Of a stretch of DNA of 64,000 nt, positions 48,549 to 60,415 are shown piece by piece. This DNA is from Marsupella aquatica (lineage: Eukaryota; Plantae; Marchantiophyta), in the NCBI GenBank assembly GCA_973895155.1, contig OZ316895.1:1-64000 (forward strand). Direction: 5' to 3'. The position numbers were made by a program, and so were the translations under genes. The number at the start of each line of letters is the position of its first letter. The stretch's first letter is position 1. The notes under the pieces were generated by a model that saw only the letters and a program-made list of their open reading frames with translations, made no database searches and was not told the origin of the DNA.

Positions 48549-50637
48549 ATGGCGAGTGGTGAAGAAGAAAATATTATGAACCTGCTTCGGAGAACTATTC
48601 CTGACGAAGCACGACTGAGAGACGTTGCTGCGAAACTATGGCTTGACTGCGTCGGAGTATCTACGTTGCTAGTGATGTCGGAAAAGCGCCTCGAAGACTT
48701 AATCCAGCGCCTGTTCCCAAAGGCACCTGGCGGATTGATACTGGCAGTTGAGTCGGCAATTCAGCTTCAAAAACGAAACTCTACGGATGGTAATTCCAAC
48801 TGAATTTCACAGCAATGTGTTTCTCGTCAGTATCTTGTGGTTCTTGTTCTGGTTTGTCTTTTCGTTGAGTTTTTTCCTTTGAGCACCCCTCTGTTGCTGC
48901 TTTGTTTTCTTTGCTGAAAAGTGATCAAGGGTATCATGGACAGCAGCTGTCTCCCTTGCTCTGGCATTTGTTTGGAAAGCACTTTTGCAATTACAGGTGT
49001 CCTGTGTCTTCCTGCTTTGCTAACCGATAAAGCATTTCTGCCGGAATCGTGCCAAATTTGTAGGGCTCATTGCTCGAGTGATTATTGGATGACTTTCCTG
49101 TTTTTCTCATCCTCTTCAACACTTAGAGACCGATGTGTATGCAGAGGGAGCTCGACCTTCAAAGAAAGCAAAATTCCTGTCCTCGGAAGAAAGAATTTCT
49201 GCTAGAAGTAGCTATTTTGGGAAACTGTTGGAAGCCCCTGCTGAGCTCCCCGTAAGTGTCAATCAACTGAAGGAGTTTTTGTCCCTGACACCAGTAAAGC
49301 TCCCAGTACTCTATGAGCTAACTAACGAGAACTTGGGCCAGCCTAATCTGGTGGTACTTGATACTTCCGAAGGGGCGAGTCAATTGGCAATTTTTTGCGA
49401 AACTGTGTTCCGATTGATGAAACGTTCCCTTCCAGGCAATGAGGCCACCAGCTCACATGAATTGGCTACTCTCACTGGAGAGTTCATCTCATTATTAAAT
49501 GAGGAGGCTCCAGCAAACGGAAAATTACAAGGTTTGGGCTGGTTACTGGATTCACCCAATCCCCCGACTAGTACTGTAGCATCGCGACCACTAAAACCGC
49601 TATTAAGACCAGATTTTCAGCTGTTTGTGAGGGATTGTCTCATTCTCCGATGGGACAATAAGACAGTCCCGGCACTTCGGCACGAGGCTGCAGTTGAGAA
49701 CACCTCAAAATTAAAGGCATGGAGCCCTTTGTTCTATGGTAAGCTCCCTTATGTGATTGGTGGTGGCTCCGGTGGAAGGCAGTTTCAATGGCTGAAGCTC
49801 TATCCGCGAGGCAAGAAAATTGTTTCTGAAAGTATCTCACAACTCTATGACTTGAATATGTTGAGCGATGTAGCCAAGTTCCTACATAGCACCATTCGGA
49901 TGCACTGTCTCCTACAGAAACTACAGGAAGAACTGGATAGTAACATCCCCTTGGTATTATATAGGCCAATAGCAAGAGGTGATGGTGGAGAAGTGACGAT
50001 CTATCCTGACTGCGTGACGAAGGAAATCCCACGATTGATGACAGATAAGGTGACCGCGATAAAATGCCTGTATGAAAAAATCGATGGTTCCAGGTACCTG
50101 ATCCAACTTATATCCGCCCGATCATCCAGGGTTAAAACAGTATTGCGACTACAACCTGTTGGTGACCCATCTGCAAAGCCTAAGGATTGCAAGGATTTAG
50201 TAAATGCCACGCATGACATGTTATGCGGCCTTGCGGACTTGCACATGAAAGGCTACACCCACAGGGACATAAGGTGGCCCAACGTTATCAAAGTAAATGA
50301 TATGGGTGAATGGAAATGGGTGATCATAGACTTGGAAGCTGCTGGAGACAACAATGAAGTATGGGTTGGTGAGGACTTAACGGGTTGGGATGCGGAAACG
50401 TTGGAAGAAGACAATGACAAAAGGAAAAGATACACCAAGGGATCGGACATGTACCAACTCGGGAAACTTATAGCTGAATGGCTCGATGACTTTTCTATGG
50501 GCGGTAAGGAAGAACGTCAATTGATGAGATCCCGGGCAAAACAAATGCAGCAGGAACGTACAGCAGCAGCGAAGATGCTTGAGGATATCTGCAAGAAACG
50601 TTGCGAACGATGTCGCGTGTTTGGCACAAAGCTGTAG
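48549..50637 (+). CDS. Crinkler (CRN)-like protein: helical/SAM-like header, PD-(D/E)xK nuclease-like domain and atypical protein kinase; two exons, ~577 aa
   Basis: Exon 1 (48549-48789) and exon 2 (49145-50637) join in frame across a phase-1 GT-AG intron. Motifs: RPDF...LILRWDNK...KLKAWSPLFYGKLPYVIG, then HRDIRWPNV, WVIIDLE and SDMYQLG. No stops or frameshifts. Confidence 0.8.
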
Positions 50638-52009
50638 ACAGGATTCTGATACTCGTAGCAGTAACTCATTGGAAGGTGATCTGCTTTCCCTGAAATTCGT
50701 GTTCTTCCATATTTGTTGAGTTCTGTCAACTCGATTGCTGTTGATTGGCATCAACTGTCTCACCTTGGCAAAGAGGAGACTGCCCTATGTTTTTTCTTCT
50801 CCAAATCTTCATTGACAGACAGATGCAATAACAAAACCCAATTGTAGACTTCCGCAGGTTTCTGAAAGGAAGACCGGGAGTAAACTAAAGAGAGATATCG
50901 AAGACTTTACCTGGTGAGTTAAGGCAACTCATAGAAGAAGTTTTTCTTTATGGCATATCTGAATTTCAGGACTTGTGAGTCTCAAAATTTATCAGTCCGG
51001 CCCTGGTGTTAATGACAAAGGACCGTCCTGAGATTTGCGTTGGTTGCCGAATACTATCCATCGTTTGAAAGTTTGGCAGTTGAATGAGAGGGGGCTTCGT
51101 TTTTGCGTCATATGAACTACGTTGTAAAGGGCAGAATGTACAGAAGAATTTCATTTAGTGTAGTTCCGTATTTGTTTTGACAGCTCGGTCTGATTATTTC
51201 ATAGTAGATTGCTGTCAGGTTTTGGAAAGGAAGAAGTGAAGGCACACGCAACCATGCCTCTCAGATCAATCTCTTTGAAGACCATTATTGGGTTTAAATT
51301 GTCAGATTTCGTACATGATCTCACGACTTGCAGAGTGAGCGCGGCAGATATGTCAAAGATACTTCAAAAGGATCTCACAATGAAAAAAAGTATGTAATTG
51401 GCAAACGATGTAGGTATGCAGTAGTTCGTATTTGGGGGAAACTCTAGTAGTTGTAGCTTGTTCTGCTAACTTCCCACTCAGTTTCCGATGTAAAGGGAGA
51501 ATCTCCTGTTCGTTGACGATTGGGCCGGCGTGTGAAATAGCTCAAACCCATACCAAAGAGAGAATAAAGCTACGCTTAACCGATTGATATTTTAAACCCT
51601 CCTGTGCCCTTCTTCGGTCCCGTGTGTCCTCATTCTTGATTGGGTCATTATTTGGCATCTTGTACTCTGTCCTTTCCGTTCCCAAGTGGCGGATTTTAGA
51701 CTTAAAAATCACTCTATTCGACAATAATCAATGGAGAATTTACTTCATCATCCCAAACTACTGAATGTCTTTGGACCTCGTTGCTACTGTAAGTGCAGAG
51801 AAGTATATCAAAGTATGCTTACATGTGGAGCATAGAATAAGCTTGACAACTTCCATATTAGCTCACTGTTTCCCCTTTCGCAGCTTACCCATCTCAAGAT
51901 GGAACTTTAAAAACTGTACCAGGACGTTCGCCTCGATGAGTTTCTATAGGCAGTGGTCCAGTTGACTACACAGATAATCTTGAACCTTTGGAAGGACTCA
52001 TGAAGACAA

Positions 52010-54890
52010 CTACTTCATTGTCCACTGATTGGGAAATGATTCAGGGTAAGCTGCATCTTGATCCCTGGCTAGCTGACTAACAGTTGCATCCGTGACACGC
52101 CCATTCAGTAGCCTGCGAGCCAGCCTATCCTTCACCGTTGGTTTCTTTCGCAAGAGAGCGGTCAGCCCACTTCTTGGATTTTCTGTACGAGAGTCAGCCC
52201 CCTTCACCAAAAGCCCCACTAGGAGCCTCACCAAATTCTCCTAATCTAATTTGAGCAGTAGCTGCTTCTCTTAACAGGCCTCGTTGTGCTCTCTAGTTCT
52301 TTTCTCTCTATGTCTCCGTGCTAGTGCCTTGGCTTGTTCGTCCATCTTCCTAACGTTCCCTATCGCCTGCTCCACTAGCTCGACCGGGTCTAAGCTTTGA
52401 TGACCTGTAAGGATGCCAGTTTCATCAGATTCGTCACCACCAGTTCCTGTCAACTGTCTCGCATTTTCTGTCTGGGGTCCAATTGCTGACTGCGCGTGCT
52501 TTACTTCTTCAGGAATAATATTTCCTTCCTCGTCTCGCGCTCTTATAGGCCCATGGAGTGGGCATTTTCGAAGATCTCTCCGTTGGCACAACCCTCCACT
52601 CCTCAGAGGAGCTCGACAAGGGCGAATTTCAACCTCTGGGGCTTTGTAGTACGATGCCCTTACGCTGATTTCCGCAATCTTCTCAGCAGGGATCATGACA
52701 TCATAGTCAACCTTCCCCCAGTGATTCTCATATTCCATCCCCCGTGAGTTGGCAGGGACGGCACTCTGACTGCCCCAAGTGTCCAGGAATGAGCCCCATG
52801 GCAACACGGGGCTTCCTTCAGCAGATCTTGCTTGATACCCACTACGTCCATTTTCTCCGAATTGCGTTTGATTTCTTCACTCTCCACTGTAGTCGTATAG
52901 CCGGAGCTGGGGGCGTCAGCAGACCGGCTGCTTTCAACTGGAGGACTATGTGGAACAACTCCTATGTCGGTCAATAGATCTCCCTGTTCCCAAATTTCGA
53001 CAACGAATTCCTCCCCAGTATCTCCCGCACCACTCCCCTCAATTCTCTGAATGCCCAGCCCCTCGCATTTGGCTTGAACTTGCAGCAGGTGGTTTCGGAG
53101 ATCAATTATGTCTCTGAGAAAGGAGTCTCTGGAGTGCCTGTCTTCTTCAGGGTCTACTCTCATCAGCGTTGTTAACCACTCCTGAGAATTCAAGATGTGT
53201 CGAGTCGTTAGAAGCTTGTAAAGATCCCGAAGTGTGTCAAAAACTGCTGAGTTGTCTGTTGATTCCTGTGGTAATACATCCTGCTCTTCTACTACCTCCC
53301 GAAGGTGTCGAAGGCTTTCCACTCCGTATGTTTCAAATTCATCATCTTTGTCCCCAATGTCTGTCAGCACCAATTGGAGTGCCCTCTGCGGCATCTTCCG
53401 AGGCAGCAGCTGGAGGAACGAGAATCTCAAGACATTGGTCAATTTCGTCGAGTGTAGATTGGATATCAGCTTTAAAATTTGGAAATTCCTGTATCAACGT
53501 CCGGAATTTCCTCTTCAACAGCTCTTGCGTGCGTTCCTCCCTGTCCCTCCGCTGCTGACTTGCCAAAGTTGCGACCTCTCTGGCGTTAGGAAACTCCAAC
53601 CTGAGAGTGGTCTTCAAGTAATCATGGCCCAGTCAAATCGGCTTGTAATGCTGTCCGAACATGTCCTTCCATTTCTCCACCAGCTCTATGCTCTTCTTGC
53701 GTAGCAACTTTGGCCGATCATCTGGAGGTGGGAGAGGATAATCTGCCCTAAAGCTGACACTGAGCAGTATGAAGATCTCGAATTGAGGGACCAAAAGCGA
53801 GCGGAAGAGCTTGGATCTAGTGAATAGTTCATCTACCAGCAACACTGCCAAGTAACGAACCTGCAGGGTAAACAAGTGAAACCAATGGCTCAGTTTTCAA
53901 AACCAATTATATGCTATGAGACTTCACCGCCTCTCTCAACTTTCCACCTTTTCATTGGGTAAAATCCCATGCCCACCTGAGGGCTGTGCCCCATTGTGTA
54001 GCACCTGGTGAATCTACAGACACTAGTCCTTATGTGCCCCCTGCAAAAATAAATACTTGCTACCCACAATTTTCTATTACACAAAATGAAGAAAGGGAAT
54101 GGGTGCTAAAACATCCTCAGGGTGCTTTCTCTGCTGATCTTCAAATTCTGAGCCTTATTAGGTACGGAGAATTGCGAACCCAAAGCGTTACTGGTGATCT
54201 TCAAAGTCTGCTACCGTGAATTGCCCTGAGCTACCATACACTATCACTCTTGAATTTCTCCTCCGTACATGCTACGTTGAATTGCCCAGAGCTAAATGTA
54301 AATAGGGTTTGAACGGTCTTGACCAGAGACTCAAAGGCAATTATACGCAAAAGAGCCCCATATTGAGCGTTACTGATTCCTCAACAAATCTTTTAACCCT
54401 CAAGTCTTCGACAACTTGAATTCCATAAGCGTCTGCAATTCACATCACGATGAGCCAGCCGGCCACAAAATCGCGATTGCTTGCCTTTGGAGAAGACCCT
54501 AATTAAAAAATCAAGGGTGACCGAGCGAATTTTGGATAACCCATATCAGAACAATTGCATAATAGTTTGCAAGCAAAATTTTGTTGCGAGTAGAGAAGTG
54601 AGCGAGAGAATGGAGAATGGTTCTTTTTGAGCCGATCCAGGAGGAAATTGAATGCGGCATGAACGTTGCTGTCGGAGACACGCACGAGAGATTTAATGGA
54701 AGACAGAGCGCGATCTTTGAGGTGGAGCAGAGGAGAGGTCGTGGCGGTTTCAATCATCTCCCAACCTCTTGCGATCGACGAAGATATCTCGCTCATTTGC
54801 GTTGGACAATGGTGGCTCACTTTTGGCCTCTTTCATTCTACTCTCGGCGCGTATTTGCCCCTTCCTCATCTTCCTTCTTCTCTCATTTGA
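52010..54890 (-). pseudogene. UVSSA: UV-stimulated scaffold protein A homolog, disrupted
   Basis: VHS-like IKSLVRVSD...LKKNHS / VRYLAVLLVDELFTRSKLFR...PLPPP, and C-terminal WGSFLDTWG...NHWG...CRAPLRSGGLCQRRDLRKCPLHG...FPNQW. There is an in-frame TGA (PI*LG), several frameshifts and a retained ~0.75-kb intron. Confidence 0.92.
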
Positions 54891-55118
54891 GCTTCCTGTC
54901 AACCATATGACGCTCAATTCCAATGGTGATACGACCGAATTAACGACCCTCCATGTTCCCAGCTGCTTTTAATGTGATCATAGCTCAAGGATGCAAGAAC
55001 TTTGCCTCCTTGTTGTCCAGAACACTCTTCTGAAGTTTCAGTCGACCATCGCACATTCAGTTTATATAACGACCCTCTGGATGGCTCCCAGTTGCTTCGA
55101 GAATGGGTAATTGTAACG

Positions 55119-55387
55119 TGCGAGCAAACAGTAAAATTTTTGCTTGCACGAGCAAAAAAAAATCCTGCATGACCCCTATTTTTCTACATGCAACTGCCTG
55201 GCTATCAACTACCTGGTTGGTAACATCACTTTTGGGGACTCCCTTTTTGCTAGCGAGCTCGCTAGCATCTGGAGTCTTTTAAAAAACACAAAAAATGTAA
55301 AAGGCACCAAAAAGCAACTGAAATTTGGAACCATTATTGTCTCGCTATCAAAATCTCTTCGCTATCAAAATCTCCTGTTTGCTCGCA
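55119..55387. mobile_element. possible small MITE
   Basis: 13-bp inverted repeats tgcgagcaaacag / ctgtttgctcgca. No clear TSD. Confidence 0.45.
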
Positions 55388-55740
55388 ACATAGAATACCT
55401 CTTCGACAATAATCATAGTTCATCGATGCAGGAGCTCGGCTTACTTTGCAATTTTGGGACAACGTTATGAACAAAGCGTGTAATCAAAGATGGTTACTTA
55501 TTGATCCAGTCGATCGAATTGTGAAAGGTTTGCGTTCAGGAGAAGTCTACGCCCCTGCAGCTTCCACGCAGCTTGCTTGTGTCGTGCATCTCAATGTGTG
55601 GTTGGGGTTTCATGGGCCCTTTAAGAGTGTAGGGAACCCACGGTCCCAAGGGGGTTACACCTATGGCCCCGGATTTACAAGCGCAAGTCCTTACTGTAGT
55701 TTTACTCTGTTTATGATAATTGTTTATGACCCCAAATTGG

Positions 55741-55932
55741 ACAACCCTCTAGGGGGGCTAGCCAAGGGCTCAAAATCTCATAATCCCCAAAGGAGGCTAT
55801 TGTCTCATAACCATCCATAGAAATACAAAATAAAGTACACAACCTCTAGGGGGCCTAGCCAAGGGGACAAATCTCATAACCCCCAAACCAGGCTAATGTT
55901 TCATAACTATCCATAGAAATACAAAATAAAGT
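55741..55932. repeat. 2 x ~97-bp imperfect tandem repeat
   Basis: cctctagggg..ctagccaaggg...atccatagaaatacaaaataaagt occurs twice. Confidence 0.85.
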
Positions 55933-56394
55933 GCGCAAGGGGTTGTTGAATGACATAGTCCTGCTTCCACTCTGCCTTGCATCTCTCCTGCAAAGTAAGA
56001 GAGATGCAATGTATTCTGTAGCTTTCTTGTGCGATCCTTAGGGCCATTTTGGTTGGCCCAATAGATAAAATTTTGGGCCAACCTAACAAAATGTTTTGGG
56101 ATACTTGTGAAACTAGTTTTGTCTTATAAATTTAACAATATCTAAGTAACCTTTCAGTGTATACCATTTTTTCAAACATTTTAGAATGTGACATAAGCAG
56201 AGGAGAAATACAGAACTACTTGGAGTTAGAATGAGTTTAATAAGCTTTGTATGTATTTTAAGTTGCAAACAAGGAAAAGTAATTGTTGAATCCTTTACTC
56301 TTGCTCGTAGAAAGAGCTGGTAGGGTGAGTTGTCATGAAATCCAAATACATACTAGAGTAGATCTACAAAGAAGTTTTGTGAGTTGAGTTCCCA

Positions 56395-56638
56395 TTAATA
56401 TTATACAGCTTTTAATTACTTTGCCACTAAAGATGTTCTAATTCAAAATACTGTCATTCTTTTTTTTGTATTTATAGCACTGCCACGAGTTTCGTATTCG
56501 GATGACAAGTTTACCAAGATAACCAATGGAACTATATACGAAAACAGTGACATTCTTATAAATACAAAAAAGACAGTTCCAATATTGTAAATTCAAACAT
56601 CTTTAGTTACAATGTACTTAAAAACTGTATAATATTAT
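56395..56638. mobile_element. AT-rich fold-back MITE-like element (related partial copy at about 57080-57245)
   Basis: Long imperfect inverted arms: taatattatacagcttttaattactttgccactaaagatgtt / aacatctttagttacaatgtacttaaaaactgtataatatta. Confidence 0.6.
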
Positions 56639-57404
56639 AACATTGCTTAAGAATAAAAGCTATCAGTTCGCTCTATAGTCCCAACAATGGCAAAAGAGCT
56701 AATACTTAGTAAGCAACAAACTGAAAAGACTTGTATTCATTTTTTCACCCCAGAACTGGTAGAGCTCTGGAGTAGACAGCATCTATTATTCACCTAGAAA
56801 AAAATGTGTAGAGGCCCTAAAACCAAATAGGCTTCATCATACAAAACACAGTGGAATGCCTGAGTTTAATACCAACCAGTTAGGCAAAGTTGTTTAAACT
56901 CCCTACCATTGCAACAGTAGATCTTTATTTCCTTAAGTTTTTTTCTTTTTCTTTAATTTTAGCTGTTTGCATTTGCCGTGTTAGTGTTTGCTTCTACTCG
57001 TTTGTACTCTCTTGTACCTTTTTGGGTAACAACATTTGACAATATTAATACAATGTTCCAATTGACAATATTAATACAATGTTTTTTATATTTAAAGATA
57101 TGTCAGGGTTTTGTATGGATGACAAGTTCACCAATGTAACTAGGTAATCATATATGATAACCGTGGTATATTTGTAAATACAATGAAATAGTGACTGTAT
57201 TACAAATTAAAACATCCCTAGTGATAATGTACTTAAAAATTGTTTTGTTGTAAGTTGGTCCTTTCTTAATTAATTGGTGCTTTTTCTCGATCCCTACTAT
57301 TGCAAACTAACAAATGAGGGCCTTAGCGGTAATTAATGTACTAAAAACCTGTTTTTAGGAAATGGGTCCATTTTCTCGATCCCTACTATTGCAAACTAAC
57401 AAAT

Positions 57405-60400
57405 TGTTGAGCATAGACGACATTCGTAACGGCAAGCCCATGAACCATCCAACGCACAATAGTCGACACAGAGAGATACGTGGTTCACCTCCACATGAGG
57501 CTACGTCCACGGGAACACACAAGAGCTTTACTGCACTCTAGGCCGACCGGCCATACCAAGCATCCACAGCACAAGCTCTCCCTATCTCTCAACTAGCTCC
57601 GTAACAATGAGCCTTTGTTCCACCAGGGTCTGGCATCAGCCCTGGCTATATGCACAACAGCACTACCGCTAACCTTAGCTAGGTTCTAACCTGAGTTAGC
57701 CTAACTGTGGTTAGCACAAGAGTCACAAGACTAGAGCAATATCTAACAAACTCCCCCTTGACTCTTGTCTTGGGGACTGGACTAAAAGCTACCATATGGA
57801 ATCCTCAGCGGGAAGTTCTAGACAATCACCAAACCAGGTCTCCCCCTAAAAACCACAAGGGTTAACTAAGGGTTAACTAGAACTAAGCCGTAGCCTAACA
57901 GGAATGAGTAATCCATATACAAATAGTCACACATTGCTAAATAACTCTACTTGCACTACAACTGCAAAACCTGCAAAGTAGCACGGTGTCTTGAGAAACT
58001 CTCCAAAGGAATCACTTTGGTAAAGGCATCAGCGGGATTGAGCTTTCCATCAATCTTGACTAGCTCAAAAGTTTTATCAAACACTGCTTGCCTGATAAAA
58101 TGGTACCTGATATCAATGTGCTTCACCCTGCTATCCATCACCTGGTTAGCAGCCAAGTGAAGAGCACTCTGACTATCACAGTTTAGAGTCATTTTTCCAT
58201 GCTCTAAACCCATCTCCGCGATGAACTTATCCAACCAAATTGCTTCCTTTGCTGCTTCTGCTGCTGCAACATACTCTGCTTCTGTAGTAGACTGAGATAT
58301 GCACTTCTGCAAGGTAGATTTCCAATTGATACATCCTCCTCCAAGAGTGTATACAAACCCAGTTGTAGACCTCCTTGTATCCAGACAGCCTCCATAGTCA
58401 GAATCTACATAGCCAACCAACATTCTATCTGATCTGTTATCAAATAGTAATCCATAGTCCTGTGTTCCCTTCACATACCTGAGAATCCATTTCACAGCTT
58501 CCCAGTGTACCTTCCCTGGATTTGACATGAATCTGCTAACCTTGCCCATCGCTAGGGCCAAGTCAGGCCTAGTACAAGTCATCAAATACATCAGATTGCT
58601 TACTGCCTTCTCATAAGGAATCTTAGCCATCAGACCTTTCTCCACAGCATCCGTAGGAGAGAAAGCCGATGATAACTTGAAATGTGAAGCTAAAGGAATA
58701 CTAACTGGCTTACAGTTTTCCATGTTGAATCGTGCAAGTACTTTCCTCGCATAATGGCCTTGACTCAAGCACAACTGTCCAGTCTCAGAGTTCCTAAAAA
58801 TCTCCATCCCTAAGATCCTCTTGGCCTTACCAAGATCCTTCATCCTGAATTCAACACTCAATTTTGCCTTGAGACTGTCAACCTCAGATTGATCTTTAGC
58901 CACAATCAGCATGTCATCCACATAGATCACCAGAATGATGAAACCGAATACATCATTCTTGACTGATTTCGTATACACACAAGGATCATACACCATCCTT
59001 GTAAAACCTTGAGCAAGCATGAAATCATCAAACCGCTTGTTCCATTGTCTGGGAGACTGCTTCAATCCATACAAGGACTTGAGCAATCTGCAAACTAAGT
59101 TCTCTTGGCCCTTCTTCATAAAGCCTAGTGGTTGTCTCATGAAGATCATCTCTTCCAAGTTGCCATAGAGAAAAGCAGTAACAACATCCATTTGATCCAT
59201 CACCAGACCAAAAAACACAACAAGCTGACACAAGATCCGAATTGTGGAATACTTAGCTACCGGTGAAAAGACCTCATTGTAATCCACTCCTTTCTCCTGA
59301 GTGAATCCCTTGGCAACAAGCCGTGCCTTGTAGATCTTATCTCCACCCTCTGAAGGACTGTCCTTCAACTTGTAAATCCACTTGCTGTCCACCACTTGCT
59401 GACCTCTTGGAAGCTCCACCAGCTCCCATGTCTTGTTGTCACTCAAAGATTGCAACTCCCTCTGCATTGCTGCATTCCACTCATGCTTCTGCTCTGAAGC
59501 ACAAGCCTCACTATATGAAGAAGGCTCTCCTTCTTCCAAGATCAAAGCCATATCATCTTCATCAGGTGCAATATCAATATCATCTAGCTTAGATGAGTCT
59601 GTCCATTGACCATACCTGGTAGGAGCTCTAGTAGAACGACTGGAAGTTCTTCTAGTAGATGACTTAGGCTGATCTACTGCTGTTGCTGGTTGAATTTGAG
59701 GTACCCCAGCAACAATCTGCTCCTCTTGTTCCATCACAGGAACCAGCTCCAAGCCCGAAGCTTCTCCATCTCTCCTGTCATGAACTGCATCATGACTAAT
59801 CTCCCCCTCAACCCGGTCCGGGATGGGAGATTTCCCCTTGTCAGTATGGGAGTCCTGAGAACTCTCCCCCTCCTTTGATGATCTGGATTCATTAAAGGAC
59901 ACATCTCTACTGACAATTAGTTTACAGGTTACTGGATCCCATAACCTATAACCCTTAACACCTTTCTGATAGCCAAGGAAAATGCACTTCTTCGACTTGG
60001 ACTCCAGCTTGGATCAAAGGTGGGAAGGTGTAAGCACATAAGCATCACATCCAAAAATCCTCAGATGTGAGTAATCTGCTGGACGCCCGTACCTCATTTC
60101 AAATGGCGTCTTGAATCCAATAGAACTGGATGGAGAAAAATTTACCAAATAAGCTGCAGTGTTGACAGCTTCAGCCCAAAACTCATGTGGTAAGCATGAT
60201 TGACTCAACATACTCCTCGAGCGGTCCAATAGTGTTCGGTTGAGTCTCTCAGAAACATCATTCTGTTGAGGAGTATAACTTGTTGTGAGATGGCGGGTAA
60301 TCCCCTGCTCCTTACAATACGTTCCAAATTCCCCGGAACTGTATTCACCGCCGTTATCCGATCGAAGATATCTCACCTTATTACCAGTCTGATTCTCTAC

Positions 60401-60415
60401 TTGGGCTTTCCACTC
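57405..60415 (-). mobile_element. Ty1/Copia LTR retrotransposon, 3' part (integrase-RT-RNase H, PPT, 3' LTR)
   Basis: LTR 57405-57748 (TG...CA), with minus-strand PPT aagggggagtt adjacent at about 57749-57760, then pol. Interrupted at 60416. Confidence 0.93.
57956..60415 (-). pseudogene. Copia pol with one in-frame stop at 60014-60016
   Basis: Integrase LRSDNGGEY...TPQQN.VSER.NRT, SKKCIFLGY, RT YKARLVAKGF...YVDDML, and RNase H DSDYGG...TTEAEY...KHIDIRYHF. Confidence 0.93.
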
